Positions 40,159-49,670 of a stretch of DNA of 64,000 bases are shown here, piece after piece; within the stretch, counting starts at the first letter, position 1, and the number at the start of each line of letters is the position of its first letter. The notes beneath the pieces were generated by a model, which was not told the origin of the DNA, did no database searches, and saw nothing but the letters and a program-made list of their open reading frames with translations. Location: NCBI GenBank assembly GCA_025454315.1, contig JALOOP010000010.1, forward strand, positions 1,465 through 65,464, given 5' to 3'. The translations under genes and the position numbers were made by a program. This stretch comes from Oculatellaceae cyanobacterium Prado106 (lineage in GTDB: Bacteria > Cyanobacteriota > Cyanobacteriia > Elainellales > Elainellaceae).

Positions 40159-42249
40159 TTAAAGATTTCTCCCCCCAAAAATAGTGAAATCAGTTCTGAT
40201 GCGAAATCCTGCAATGGTTTCTGAAAATTCGTCTAGCTGTTGGAGGGTGACTCCAACTCGCAGGTTGGGCAGCACCCGCACGTCATAGAACAGTTCCACG
40301 ACATCCGGGACATCATCATCGTCATCTCGCAGATTGCTGTTGGAAAGTCCGCGACCATAGCCTAGACCCAGGCGATCGTCTGGAATGAACAAATCCAAGA
40401 CATTGAGGCCAAAGCTATAGGTATTGGCCGTATTGTCGCCGTTGAGATCCTGGTTGCGATAGTGGCCGTAGCGACCAAACAGCCCCAGGCCGATATCGGA
40501 GAAGAAGTACTCAGCGTTAATCCCGTAAGATTCTTCGCGATCGCCCTCCTCCACCCCAAATCTCCCTCCACCTCGATTAATACCGAAGGCTTCGGAAAAA
40601 CTGGTGGAAGTGCCGCCATCAATGGCCGAAACATAGGTGCCTCGGATAATGAAATTTTCAATCCGAAAGCCCACTTCACCTGCAAATCCATCGATGGCAA
40701 AATCGCCCAAATCCGGCTCCGAGGAAAAGGCCGCAGCCCGCAGTTCCAGGTTGTCGGTCACCGTCCAGTTCAGCAATGCGCCGGGACGAGAGGTGAAAGT
40801 CGTGGCTTGCAGGGCAGGGTTCGATTGAAAGACCGAGTTGAAAAAGTGAGTGGTTCGATCTTTGGCAAAGCTGTTGCGATCGAAATAGGAGGTAAAGTCA
40901 ATTTGCCCGACCACAAAGCGAAGGTTGGGCAGGTCTTGAATGGGAGCTAAGGCCACATAGAGTTCTGTGAGGTCAACCCCAGCACCCTCTAAAACATTGA
41001 ACACGCCATCATCGGTCGCATCCACCACGGCACCGACCTGAACCCAATCGGCCAGGGGGTACACGCCGATCAATCGACCCCGAATGCTGTCTTCGTCGCC
41101 TTCCAGGAAGTATGCGCCCTGGAAGCGCAAAGTCGGTTCAGTGATGGGGCCGCCCAGGTCGATCGTGCTGTCCGTGGTACGGGTTGAACCCGGATCGGGA
41201 GCGGGGGGCGGCGGTACTGGAGTGCCCTGAGCAAACCAGTTGGGGAGGATCATCCCTTCGGTTTGTTCGGCTAGAGGTAGAGGTGCAAAGGCGACCAGGA
41301 TTTCTGGTGTTGCTGAGGTCGGTTGGGCCACTCCAGGCGTTAGGGAAAACGGGGATTGAGGTACGGCAGATTGAGGTACGACGGATTGAGGTACGACAGA
41401 CTGGGGTGAGACTGGAGTTTGGCGATCGCGCAATAGCTCTGGAATTGTTCCAGGCACCTCAAAACGCTGGTCACCCGTAGTCGGCTCAGTCGAGGCTGGA
41501 GCAGAAGTTGGCACGGTGGGGACAGTAGCGCGTGCAGGAGTCGCAGGGGCTGGAGCCGTCGTCGTCGGTCGAGCAGCGGGACGGGCAGGGGTTCGAGCCT
41601 CAGTGGGAACCGGATTAGGGAGTTCCATGGAGCCGGGTTCGACTGCCGAGGGTGTTGCTGCAGGTGCCGCTGGGCTAGAGGGTTGGCGATCGCGCAACTG
41701 ATCCAAAATGGCAGACGGAACCTGAAAGCGGTTATCATTCGCTGGTTCAGTCGAGGTGGCAGGTTGGGCTGCGGGTGTGGCTTGAGGAGCCGTTGGAGCG
41801 GTGCGGGGCTGCGGCTGAGTCGCTTGGGGAGAGGGCGCTACAGGCAAAGGAGCCGCTGTCGTCGGAGCCGCTGTCGCCGGGGCATCTGTCGCTGGAGCCG
41901 GGGACTCAAGAACCGCTGGAGCAGTTGGAGCTATGGGGGCAGATTCTAGCCCTGAAGCAGGAGTCTCGGGGGTGTCTCGATTTTGGAGGATGTCGAGGAC
42001 GCTGGAAGGGACTTGGAAGCGATCGCCATCCGCATCCGCTAGCAGATCGACGACTAAATCTCGCTCCGAAGCCTCAGTGGTGGCGGGATTGGATTCTAAA
42101 GGAGTATCCGAATCGAGGGGTTGGTCTGAACGTGCCGATGCAGGATTAGCATCTGCACCGATCACAACACAACTTAAGCCCAACCCCAAGGCAAAGGAAT
42201 AGAGTAAGGATGGACGATAAAAGGCAATGGTTTTGAATAGATTAGGCAT
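40159..42249 (-). CDS. Outer-membrane beta-barrel protein, OprB/cyanobacterial-porin-like, with Pro/Ala/Thr-rich N-terminal region
   Basis: 696-aa ORF with a signal-like N-terminus. About 330 aa of low complexity carry three RF(Q/E)VP...L(R/Q)(D/N)R motifs. The C-terminal ~330 aa has an alternating strand pattern, with FDRNSFAKDRTTHFFNSVFQSNPAL recalling the OprB-family motif. Confidence 0.6.
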   Translation of the reverse strand: MPNLFKTIAFYRPSLLYSFALGLGLSCVVIGADANPASARSDQPLDSDTPLESNPATTEASERDLVVDLLADADGDRFQVPSSVLDILQNRDTPETPASGLESAPIAPTAPAVLESPAPATDAPATAAPTTAAPLPVAPSPQATQPQPRTAPTAPQATPAAQPATSTEPANDNRFQVPSAILDQLRDRQPSSPAAPAATPSAVEPGSMELPNPVPTEARTPARPAARPTTTAPAPATPARATVPTVPTSAPASTEPTTGDQRFEVPGTIPELLRDRQTPVSPQSVVPQSVVPQSAVPQSPFSLTPGVAQPTSATPEILVAFAPLPLAEQTEGMILPNWFAQGTPVPPPPAPDPGSTRTTDSTIDLGGPITEPTLRFQGAYFLEGDEDSIRGRLIGVYPLADWVQVGAVVDATDDGVFNVLEGAGVDLTELYVALAPIQDLPNLRFVVGQIDFTSYFDRNSFAKDRTTHFFNSVFQSNPALQATTFTSRPGALLNWTVTDNLELRAAAFSSEPDLGDFAIDGFAGEVGFRIENFIIRGTYVSAIDGGTSTSFSEAFGINRGGGRFGVEEGDREESYGINAEYFFSDIGLGLFGRYGHYRNQDLNGDNTANTYSFGLNVLDLFIPDDRLGLGYGRGLSNSNLRDDDDDVPDVVELFYDVRVLPNLRVGVTLQQLDEFSETIAGFRIRTDFTIFGGRNL

Positions 42250-42768
42250 AAAACAGGTGACTTAAATCCAGAGTTGAATCCCCAGAGTTGAATCTAGAGT
42301 TGGGCGAGGACGAATGCTAGGAGCGGGTTTCCCTGAAAGATTCGGCGATCGCCTGAATCATAGTGAGAGTCTTGCTGCATACGGCGTTGCTTAAGGAACC
42401 GAGATTTCTAATGTTCCTGCTGTTCAAAACGCTTTAAGACTGAGAGAGAAACCTTTACAACTTATGTTGACGGGTTCATCCGCCTCAGAACCGCTTCTTC
42501 AGAACCATCTGAAGAACTCATCAAGCCGAATGACGCTTTGTAATAAACTCCTAGTAACTGAGCCTGCGGTTAATTCATCTTGAGGAGTCAATCCTTTTGA
42601 GGAGTCAATCCTTCAAGGCGAATCGAACTTTAGACAAGAGCATTGGAAAACTTCCGCCAGCAACCCTGATACGCTTTTGACAAGGACGATGAACTCTTCA
42701 ACTCACCCTGAAACACCACTTCGACGCTCTAAAAACCAGACAAATTCAATACATCTAGAGAAATATGT

Positions 42769-43386
42769 CTAACCAGGTGTTGCTGCACTTTTGATCAATC
42801 TAGAACTGATTGATCGAGAACTGCTCTCGCAACCTGTATCCTGCATACAAAAACAGTTAAGGACGTTAAGTATCGACCAACCCGATGTCGATAAACCCAA
42901 AAGAACAATCTTGTAGAATGTAAGCCCTACTGCAAACACTTGGCGAACTCTCCCTAACAGCAAAACCGTCTGAATGACCTGAACTAGGGAAGAAAAATGC
43001 GATCGAAAAATATCCTGATAGCGCTGCAACTGAACCTGTGCGATGAATCCGCTTTTCGTCAATCTATTATCTCTAAGCAGCCATCTATTTTGACAATGGA
43101 CATCGTTATTCTGATTGAGATGCCTCAGTTGATATCTAGCCTGTAGACGATATCCGGGTTGTAGATGCCAAAATTTTAAGTCTTGAATCTGCAAGTTTTG
43201 CACCTGCCGCCTCAATTGTCCGTCAGCCACATCCGAATGAATGTTATACGAAGCACCCATCTCGGACTGATTTGGCTGCAAACGACGAACCCAACTCAAA
43301 CCAAATTGAGCAACCTCCAACACCAAAGCATAGAGAACAGTCCTTACCCAGACCGGAAAGGACAATAGGGAAGATGTGATACTCAT
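42769..43386 (-). CDS. Hypothetical protein in AT-rich island (weak call)
   Basis: 205-aa ORF of low GC and atypical composition, with hydrophobic ends. No motif recognised. Confidence 0.3.
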   Translation of the reverse strand: MSITSSLLSFPVWVRTVLYALVLEVAQFGLSWVRRLQPNQSEMGASYNIHSDVADGQLRRQVQNLQIQDLKFWHLQPGYRLQARYQLRHLNQNNDVHCQNRWLLRDNRLTKSGFIAQVQLQRYQDIFRSHFSSLVQVIQTVLLLGRVRQVFAVGLTFYKIVLLGLSTSGWSILNVLNCFCMQDTGCESSSRSISSRLIKSAATPG

Positions 43387-44898
43387 AATTCAGGAACAGA
43401 TTAGAGAATGACCGAGTCAAGTCATTCTGGCGAGATGCGGACAAGAGTTACAAAAAGTAGATGATTTGCTTTGAAATTCCGACACAAGCCCGAAAATCAG
43501 ATCATGCAATTCAGTTTTTTTTCGGTATCCGGTAGCTGAAACTTGGTTCAGTCAATCAGACTCGTAAAATTACTGAATTGGCTATCCAGCAAATTATCCC
43601 CTTCCGTAATCTAACGTATGGATTTTATGAAAAGTTTATTCAGACTGTTGCAAGGTGTCAATACATCGTGACCATTTACTCTGGACATAACAAAGTTTTT
43701 TTGACGCTACAAAGTGGGTTTTTCTGGGTTTTTTCTATGAGAAAGAGTGGGTTTTCTAAGAAGCCTTCATGCGATGTTCATGAAAGCCACCAATAGAAAA
43801 GTGCGCGTTTTAGCTGAAGTAGACTGTTATAAATTTTACCAGCTAAGTGTATCTTACAGAAGTGAGTGACAACTTTATATAAAACTTTTTGAACCTTCCA
43901 CGGAGGGGAATCTGTCAATTTCCGGAATCTTGCGGATGTGCTTAAAACCATGCTTGAAGCCAAAAAGCGCATTTATTGCAACATCTTGTCCCCACCAACG
44001 CTGAGCATGGCAGCAACTCAGTATTTTCCCCTTGAAGGTAGGGAGTACCACTTAGCTAGAAGTACTGAACCATTCGTTGAAGTGTTAGGAAATGACCTGG
44101 AAGAAAGACTGACTTCCGGTTCATCGTAATAATACAAAAAATTTACAATCTAAATAAGACAAATCCAGGTGCAACTGCTAGATGACGGCATACTGGATAC
44201 ACTCAACAGCTTGAATCTGCTTCTATGCTTGGTTTAGGCAGTATTGCGATCGCCCCAAGAGATCCTCTGCCCAATCGGAGAGATGCTATAAATCGGAATT
44301 TTCACAAATCACTTAGAGATAACGTAAACGATGCCGTTCCAAATCTCAACTTAAGGAAAACCGCTTGGTTCAAATTTGTTTTATGTTTTATAAAGTCTCC
44401 ATGAAATTACGGACATTATCACAAATTCGCCCGGTTTGATGACGAACTCTTTGATATTTTTAAAAGGAAGGAATTGAAGGATCGTTTAAGTAATTACACA
44501 AAAACGCCTTCGGTTCAGCATTCATGAAGGGTTGCAATATATACAGATCTATTGATACGGCATTTGCCCCAGTTTGCAGGTCTTCCGTTGTCTGAGCTGC
44601 CACTTCGGGAATCTTAAGTGGTGTGGTTTTGCGTACTGTTTTGAGGCGGAAGTTCCCGAACTTAAGTTGATTCAAAGTCTTAAATGATTCTGCGTTGAAC
44701 CATTGCATTAAGAATGTTGAACAACTCATGAATTGAAAGTTTGAGATACGAAAAATTGAGCTTTGTCAAGGCTTTCGCTGACTCAAAACGATAACACAAT
44801 GCCTCTTTTGAAATGTAGCTCTATGGATTGAGTAAGCGTTTTATTGCTCATATCTATCGTGCTTTTTGTCTTTATTAAAATTTCTACTCTCTAAGGCA

Positions 44899-46002
44899 AT
44901 GACGATCAGTATCTCCCGCCTCAGTTTGTCCGTCCCTGAGCAACTTGAACAACTTCCTTATCCGGTCTATTTTGTCTGCAAAAATGTTGCTCGGTGGCAA
45001 GAACTCATGGCGAGCGATCGCCTCCCAGAAGATCTCGAACCCTGGTTTGAACGCAGTCTCAGCACCAGTGATATCTGGTCGGCTCAACCTTACATGAGCC
45101 TTAGACAACGCGGTCTTGATGTCCACCTTGTCCCCGATTACATGCCTGGACAAATTTGTATTATCCCCTCCGATGATCTCCGTTCTGAGGATCGGGCATT
45201 CAATAGCTATGTTGTGGCCTGTCAATATGATCGCGCTCGCCCCGAACTCTGTGAGCAGCGCCTCGTCATCAACGAACTCAACATCCTCAACGATACTGAC
45301 CACTATCTCTCCCACTGGCCCCAACCCAACCTCCTCCCCCGCAACCCCCAACGCGGCACCCGAGTCGAAAACCTGGTTTTCAAGGGCATGGAGCGCAACC
45401 TCGCCTATCCTTTCCGCCGTCCCGAGTTCGCAGAGTCTCTTCAACAACTCGGCATTCGCTTTGTGGTCAGCCCCGATGATTCCGCCACTCAGTTCCAGGA
45501 TTGGGCCGACTACACGCAGGCCGATGTCGTCCTCGCCGTCCGCAACAACACCACCTACGACCTCACCGTTAAACCCGCCCTCAAACTGATCAACGCCTGG
45601 TTATCCGGATGCCCCGCCATCCTCGGCCCTGAACCTGCCTATCAGGCCATCCGTCAATCTGAGTTGGACTACATCGAGGTACGAAGCGTCGAAGAAGTCA
45701 TCGATGCGCTCAAGCGTTTGCAAAATGACCCCGATCTCTACGACGCTATGGTTGAGAATGGGTTCAAACGGGTTCAAGACTTTAACGCCGATCGGGTCGC
45801 TTTGCAATGGCGCAATGTCCTAGCAGGGCCGATCGCCCAAGGTTACGAGCGCTGGTGCAAGCAATCGCCTCTGCAACAAAAGATTGGCCGCCCGATTCAG
45901 TTCCTGCTCCGCCGCCGTCGCCATAGCAGGTCTTTTGCTTACCACATGCACCACATCCACCAGGGGGAACGACTCTTTGGGGATGAGCCAACCCTGCCCT
46001 AA
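44899..46002 (+). CDS. Hypothetical protein, C-terminal half resembles a GT-B glycosyltransferase fold
   Basis: The ORF opens at 44866; the first ATG is at 44899. The segment VVLAVRNN...KPALKLINAWLSGCPAILGPE...EVRSVEEVIDALKRL resembles GT1-type C-terminal domains. Weak assignment. Confidence 0.45.
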   Translation: MTISISRLSLSVPEQLEQLPYPVYFVCKNVARWQELMASDRLPEDLEPWFERSLSTSDIWSAQPYMSLRQRGLDVHLVPDYMPGQICIIPSDDLRSEDRAFNSYVVACQYDRARPELCEQRLVINELNILNDTDHYLSHWPQPNLLPRNPQRGTRVENLVFKGMERNLAYPFRRPEFAESLQQLGIRFVVSPDDSATQFQDWADYTQADVVLAVRNNTTYDLTVKPALKLINAWLSGCPAILGPEPAYQAIRQSELDYIEVRSVEEVIDALKRLQNDPDLYDAMVENGFKRVQDFNADRVALQWRNVLAGPIAQGYERWCKQSPLQQKIGRPIQFLLRRRRHSRSFAYHMHHIHQGERLFGDEPTLP

Positions 46003-46142
46003 TTGCCCATTAAATAGAGCACCAACCAGTTTGGATATGGGATTTTCTTTCTTGGAAAACACCTAAAGCGTTTATTGACAGCAGAGTAATCCTCTCTGTC
46101 TGCTCAAACTTTGATCCAATCCAGTTTTATCTCGCTTACAAC

Positions 46143-46186
46143 AAGCGGTTGTCTGTACAAGTGACAGACAACCGCTTTCAGTTTTT
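46143..46186 (+). terminator. Rho-independent terminator
   Basis: A 14-bp perfect stem, AAGCGGTTGTCTGT / acaagtg / ACAGACAACCGCTT, followed by TCAGTTTTT. Confidence 0.7.
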
Positions 46187-46762
46187 CTAGTCTCCAATGA
46201 GGTTTTGTTGACTCTGGTCAAATGAAAACTCTCTGCGAATCTGCCATTGTTGACCATCGTGCTGAAGGAGGGTGAGGCGATCGCTCCAAAACTCCACTTC
46301 AATCTGCTCAAATCCTTGCAGCGCCTCCCAGACCAACCCAAAAGTCTGCCGAGTCAGATTCCGAGAAGCCACCGTCACATGAGGCGTGAATCCTCGCTGT
46401 CGAATCTTGGGGTCAACAATGCCTAATTCTGGGTCTAAGGTTTGCGGCAAGTCCGATTGCAGGTTCATCAAACCAGAGGTCTTCAACACCTGAATGTAAA
46501 GGACATGCGGCGGAAACGACCCAAACCCTGACAGTTGAATCGGAATCGGCGAATGAGCCTGAGCAAATTGTGCTAGACCAGCCTCGACCCGTTGAATATC
46601 CTGGATTTTCCACTCAAAGGGGGCTTGTAGGGTAATGTGGGGCGGAGCTTTTGCCGTGTGGGTTTGGTGGCGATCGCCCAACTGCCCAATCACCTCCATG
46701 GCAAAATCCGTAACCGCTGGAGGTGTCAGCAACGCAACAAAAAATCGAGTCATTCGAGTCAT
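46187..46762 (-). CDS. 2H phosphoesterase / 2'-5' RNA ligase (LigT) family protein
   Basis: Two HxT motifs: PPHITLQ and TPHVTVA. The ORF opens at 46831, but the likely start is MTRMTRFFVAL (46762 or 46753). Confidence 0.7.
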   Translation of the reverse strand: MTRMTRFFVALLTPPAVTDFAMEVIGQLGDRHQTHTAKAPPHITLQAPFEWKIQDIQRVEAGLAQFAQAHSPIPIQLSGFGSFPPHVLYIQVLKTSGLMNLQSDLPQTLDPELGIVDPKIRQRGFTPHVTVASRNLTRQTFGLVWEALQGFEQIEVEFWSDRLTLLQHDGQQWQIRREFSFDQSQQNLIGD

Positions 46763-47108
46763 CCAGGTTTCTGAGCAACAATTTCGTGCGGTAACAAACG
46801 TCATGCGGCAACAAACGGTATGCTGCAACAAAAATTATCGCCCTATAGTCCGTAAAATTGGGTCACATGGGTACGATAACAGCCGACTACCGGAAATCTT
46901 TTAGACTCAATTCATCCTGAACCTCCGGAACTCAGCGCGATCAATATTTCATCTGCTCCTTCTACCCAGCGCTTCAATCTACCCCTCAACTGATTGGGGT
47001 TCCATCTCCAGGAAACCGTTGATCCGTAGACCTTGACCCGTCCATTTCGGCTCGTATCCCTTGGCTCGTAACCCATTGACCTGCTGACTTACCCCCGTTG
47101 CTAGACCT

Positions 47109-47906
47109 ATGAAACTGCTCATTCTGCCCGCGCTCACGGTCCTTGCGATTAGCAGCCTGATGGCTCCCGCCCAGGCCGAAAATCTAGAACACACCCAGCA
47201 ACTCCTGGACACCAAACAATGCCAGAACTGCGACCTCAGCGGTGCAGGACTGGTCTATTCCAATCTCTCAGGCGCGAATTTACATCAGGCTAACCTCAGC
47301 CAGGTCAACTTCAGCCGAGCCAACCTCAGCGGCAGCAATCTCAGCGGCAGCAATCTGAGTGGAGCCGTCCTCTTTAATGCCAATCTCACCGGAGCCGATC
47401 TGCGGGGCGCAAACTTAAGCGGAGCCGACCTCAGAGGTGTGATTTTAACGGGAGCTAGGCTGGAGGGCGCAACCATAGACGGTGCCAATTTTCTGGGGGC
47501 GATCGGGTTACCTTCAGAAGTCGCCACGGTCGATAACCTCTATAGTCTCGGCATGGCTGAAGCGAACCGGGGCAACTTTAGAGCCGCCATTGAAAATTAC
47601 AACCAAGCCTTGACCCTCGATAATTCCTTTGCCCATGCCTATCTGGCTCGGGGGCTGGCGCGCTATGAGATGGGCGATCGCAACGGAGCCATGCAGGACG
47701 CAAAGCAGTCTGAGCAACTGTACCTCGCTCAAGGCAACGATCAAGGTCACCAAGCATCCATCCAATTCTCCACAGGACTACAGGCGATTCAAGAAGCCGA
47801 AGTTAGACAAGCCCGCCGCAACAGCGGTAGAGGTGGAGGCAACTTTATGAATGTTCTCTCTGCTGCTGCATCTCTCCTCCTCCGCTTCGCTCTGCCGACT
47901 CCCTAG
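47109..47906 (+). CDS. Secreted pentapeptide-repeat protein with C-terminal TPR-like region
   Basis: 265-aa ORF with a signal peptide. Long A(N/D)LSG-type pentapeptide run (ANLSGSNLSGSNLSGAVLFNANLTGADLRGANLSGADL), followed by TPR-like helices. Confidence 0.8.
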   Translation: MKLLILPALTVLAISSLMAPAQAENLEHTQQLLDTKQCQNCDLSGAGLVYSNLSGANLHQANLSQVNFSRANLSGSNLSGSNLSGAVLFNANLTGADLRGANLSGADLRGVILTGARLEGATIDGANFLGAIGLPSEVATVDNLYSLGMAEANRGNFRAAIENYNQALTLDNSFAHAYLARGLARYEMGDRNGAMQDAKQSEQLYLAQGNDQGHQASIQFSTGLQAIQEAEVRQARRNSGRGGGNFMNVLSAAASLLLRFALPTP

Positions 47907-47948
47907 AGTGGGTTCAGGTGCTGCACCATAAAATTCGAGACAAAAAAG

Positions 47949-47986
47949 GATGGGAGGCGATCGCTAATATCGCCTCCCATCTTTTT
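47949..47986. terminator. Bidirectional rho-independent terminator
   Basis: GATGGGAGGCGA (47949-47960) pairs with TCGCCTCCCATC (47970-47981). Flanked by an A6 run (47942-47947) and a T5 run (47982-47986). Lies between convergent genes. Confidence 0.8.
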
Positions 47987-48020
47987 CAATGTGATTAACT
48001 CTACCTTTGACGACCAATAG

Positions 48021-49256
48021 CTACAAAATCTGACCACTGGTCGCCAACACTCGGGCACTCACCCCAAAGACCCGCAGCAACCCTTCAGAGTCAGCATGGT
48101 TGTAGGTGCCAATCCCCTCCATCGATGCATTTTCTTCTGAATAGAGGGAGTGGGGCGCGTGGTCAGCGGACACAAAGGAGAGATTGCCTTTGTAGACGGA
48201 GACGGTGATCGATCCGGTGGCCAGTTGCGCGGTGGGTGCGATCGCCCGTAAAGCCATCTGAGTCGCCAGGTCAAACCAATAGCCCTGGTAAATCTGCTTG
48301 GCCACCAGCAGCGACAACTGCTCATAGAATTCTCGGGCACGGCGATCGAGGACTAACTGCAACAGCCAGCCATAGCAAGTGCCCAGCAGTTCCACCCCCG
48401 GACTTTCATAGACCCCGCGAGACTTGATGCCGACAAAGCGGTTTTCCACTAGATGGGTGCCAATGCCAACGCCGTGCTTGCCTGCGATCGCATTTGTCCG
48501 CTTAAAAGCTTCTACCAAATCCACCGATTGCCCGTTAATTTCCGCCGGAGTCCCTTTTTCAAAATGGACGGTCACCGTCTCCGCTTCATGAGGGGCATCG
48601 GCAGGGTAGCAGCCCATCACGGGCGTGACAAAATGAGCCGGGGTCGTCAGCGACTCCAGCATCCCCGATTCATGGGTCAGCCCCAGGAGGTTGGCATCAG
48701 TGGAATAGGGTTTGTCCTTTGTTGCCGAAACAGACAGTCCCTTTTCCTGACAAAAATCAATCATCTCGCTGCGACCGGGAAAACGAGCTAGGAATTCCTC
48801 ATCCCGCCAAGGCGCATACACTTCAAACTCAGGAGCCAGCATGTTGGTAATCAGTTGGAACCGCACCTGGTCATTCCCTCGTCCGGTTGCTCCATGACTA
48901 AAAATCGTCAAGCCTCGCTTTTGCATTTCTTCGACCATGGCCTTGGTCAGGACACACCGAGCAATCCCGGTAGTGTTCCAGTAGCGGCCTTCGTAGCAGG
49001 CTTGGGCTTGAATGACCTGGAGTCCCGCTTGGGCGATCGCTTCCTGTTCCGGCAGCAACACAAAATCCTCCGCCCCCGCCTTCAGCATCCGCTGCCGAAT
49101 CGCTTCCGTATCGTCTTCATCGGGTTGCCCCAGATCAGCGGTAAAGCAGATCACTCGTACTCCCATATCCGTTAGCCAGCGAGTAATCGTGCAGCTATCC
49201 AAACCGCCAGAACCCGCAAATGCAACGGTCTTACCGATGAGATCCCGCGCTTTCAT
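48021..49256 (-). CDS. argG: Argininosuccinate synthase family protein (divergent)
   Basis: 411-aa ORF. Contains AFAGSGGLDS, FTADLGQ, HGATGRGNDQVRF, KPYSTDANLL and ENRFVGIKSRGVYESPG. Confidence 0.75.
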   Translation of the reverse strand: MKARDLIGKTVAFAGSGGLDSCTITRWLTDMGVRVICFTADLGQPDEDDTEAIRQRMLKAGAEDFVLLPEQEAIAQAGLQVIQAQACYEGRYWNTTGIARCVLTKAMVEEMQKRGLTIFSHGATGRGNDQVRFQLITNMLAPEFEVYAPWRDEEFLARFPGRSEMIDFCQEKGLSVSATKDKPYSTDANLLGLTHESGMLESLTTPAHFVTPVMGCYPADAPHEAETVTVHFEKGTPAEINGQSVDLVEAFKRTNAIAGKHGVGIGTHLVENRFVGIKSRGVYESPGVELLGTCYGWLLQLVLDRRAREFYEQLSLLVAKQIYQGYWFDLATQMALRAIAPTAQLATGSITVSVYKGNLSFVSADHAPHSLYSEENASMEGIGTYNHADSEGLLRVFGVSARVLATSGQIL

Positions 49257-49366
49257 TCCTCTTTCTCCTTGGTGGTGCGATCGATGTTGGTGTGATTGGA
49301 TGTAGTGACAAAGACATCATTATCTACTGAAACTCAGCAATTTCTGCTAGAGGCTGTACAGATTTT

Positions 49367-49623
49367 GGGGGAGTGGGGAGTGGAGCGAAAGGGGAAAGGG
49401 GAAAGGGGAAGGGGGAAAGGGGTTTCCTTGTTTGGAAGTCAAGGATCTGAATCATTGTGTTTCAATGTCTATTCATAGTCCTAGACAACTCCCCGATTAC
49501 TCAGCGACTCAGCCCAAGTCCCCCCTTTCCCCCTTCCCCTATTCACAAACTTGACTAGATTCCCAATTGCTCAGCGACCCATTCCAAATCCCCCCTTTCC
49601 CCTTTCCCCTTCCCCCTTCCCCC
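49367..49623. repeat. G-tract arm plus duplicated C-tract arms in a divergent intergenic region
   Basis: G arm at 49367-49422. C arms at 49520-49540 and 49590-49623, each preceded by a similar ..TCAGCGAC.. segment, giving a ~70-bp direct duplication. Confidence 0.85.
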
Positions 49624-49670
49624 ACATTACAGGGTAGGATTTTGGAGAATCGTAACTGAGTGAGCAGCCT

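Noticed and set aside
42250-42480. c-di-GMP riboswitch (GEMM) in the leader of the cellulose-type operon
   Set aside because: I read the minus-strand leader and found only short generic hairpins (AGGAAC..GTTCCT and a HIP1-centred palindrome). The conserved GEMM tetraloop/receptor and ACGCACAGGGCAAACC-like elements are absent.
44350-44370. tRNA-like T-arm sequence GGTTCAAAT; also scanned the whole window for GGTTCGAATCC-type motifs
   Set aside because: No matching acceptor, D or anticodon stems surround it. Other TCGAACC occurrences are inside well-supported CDSs. No tRNA can be supported.
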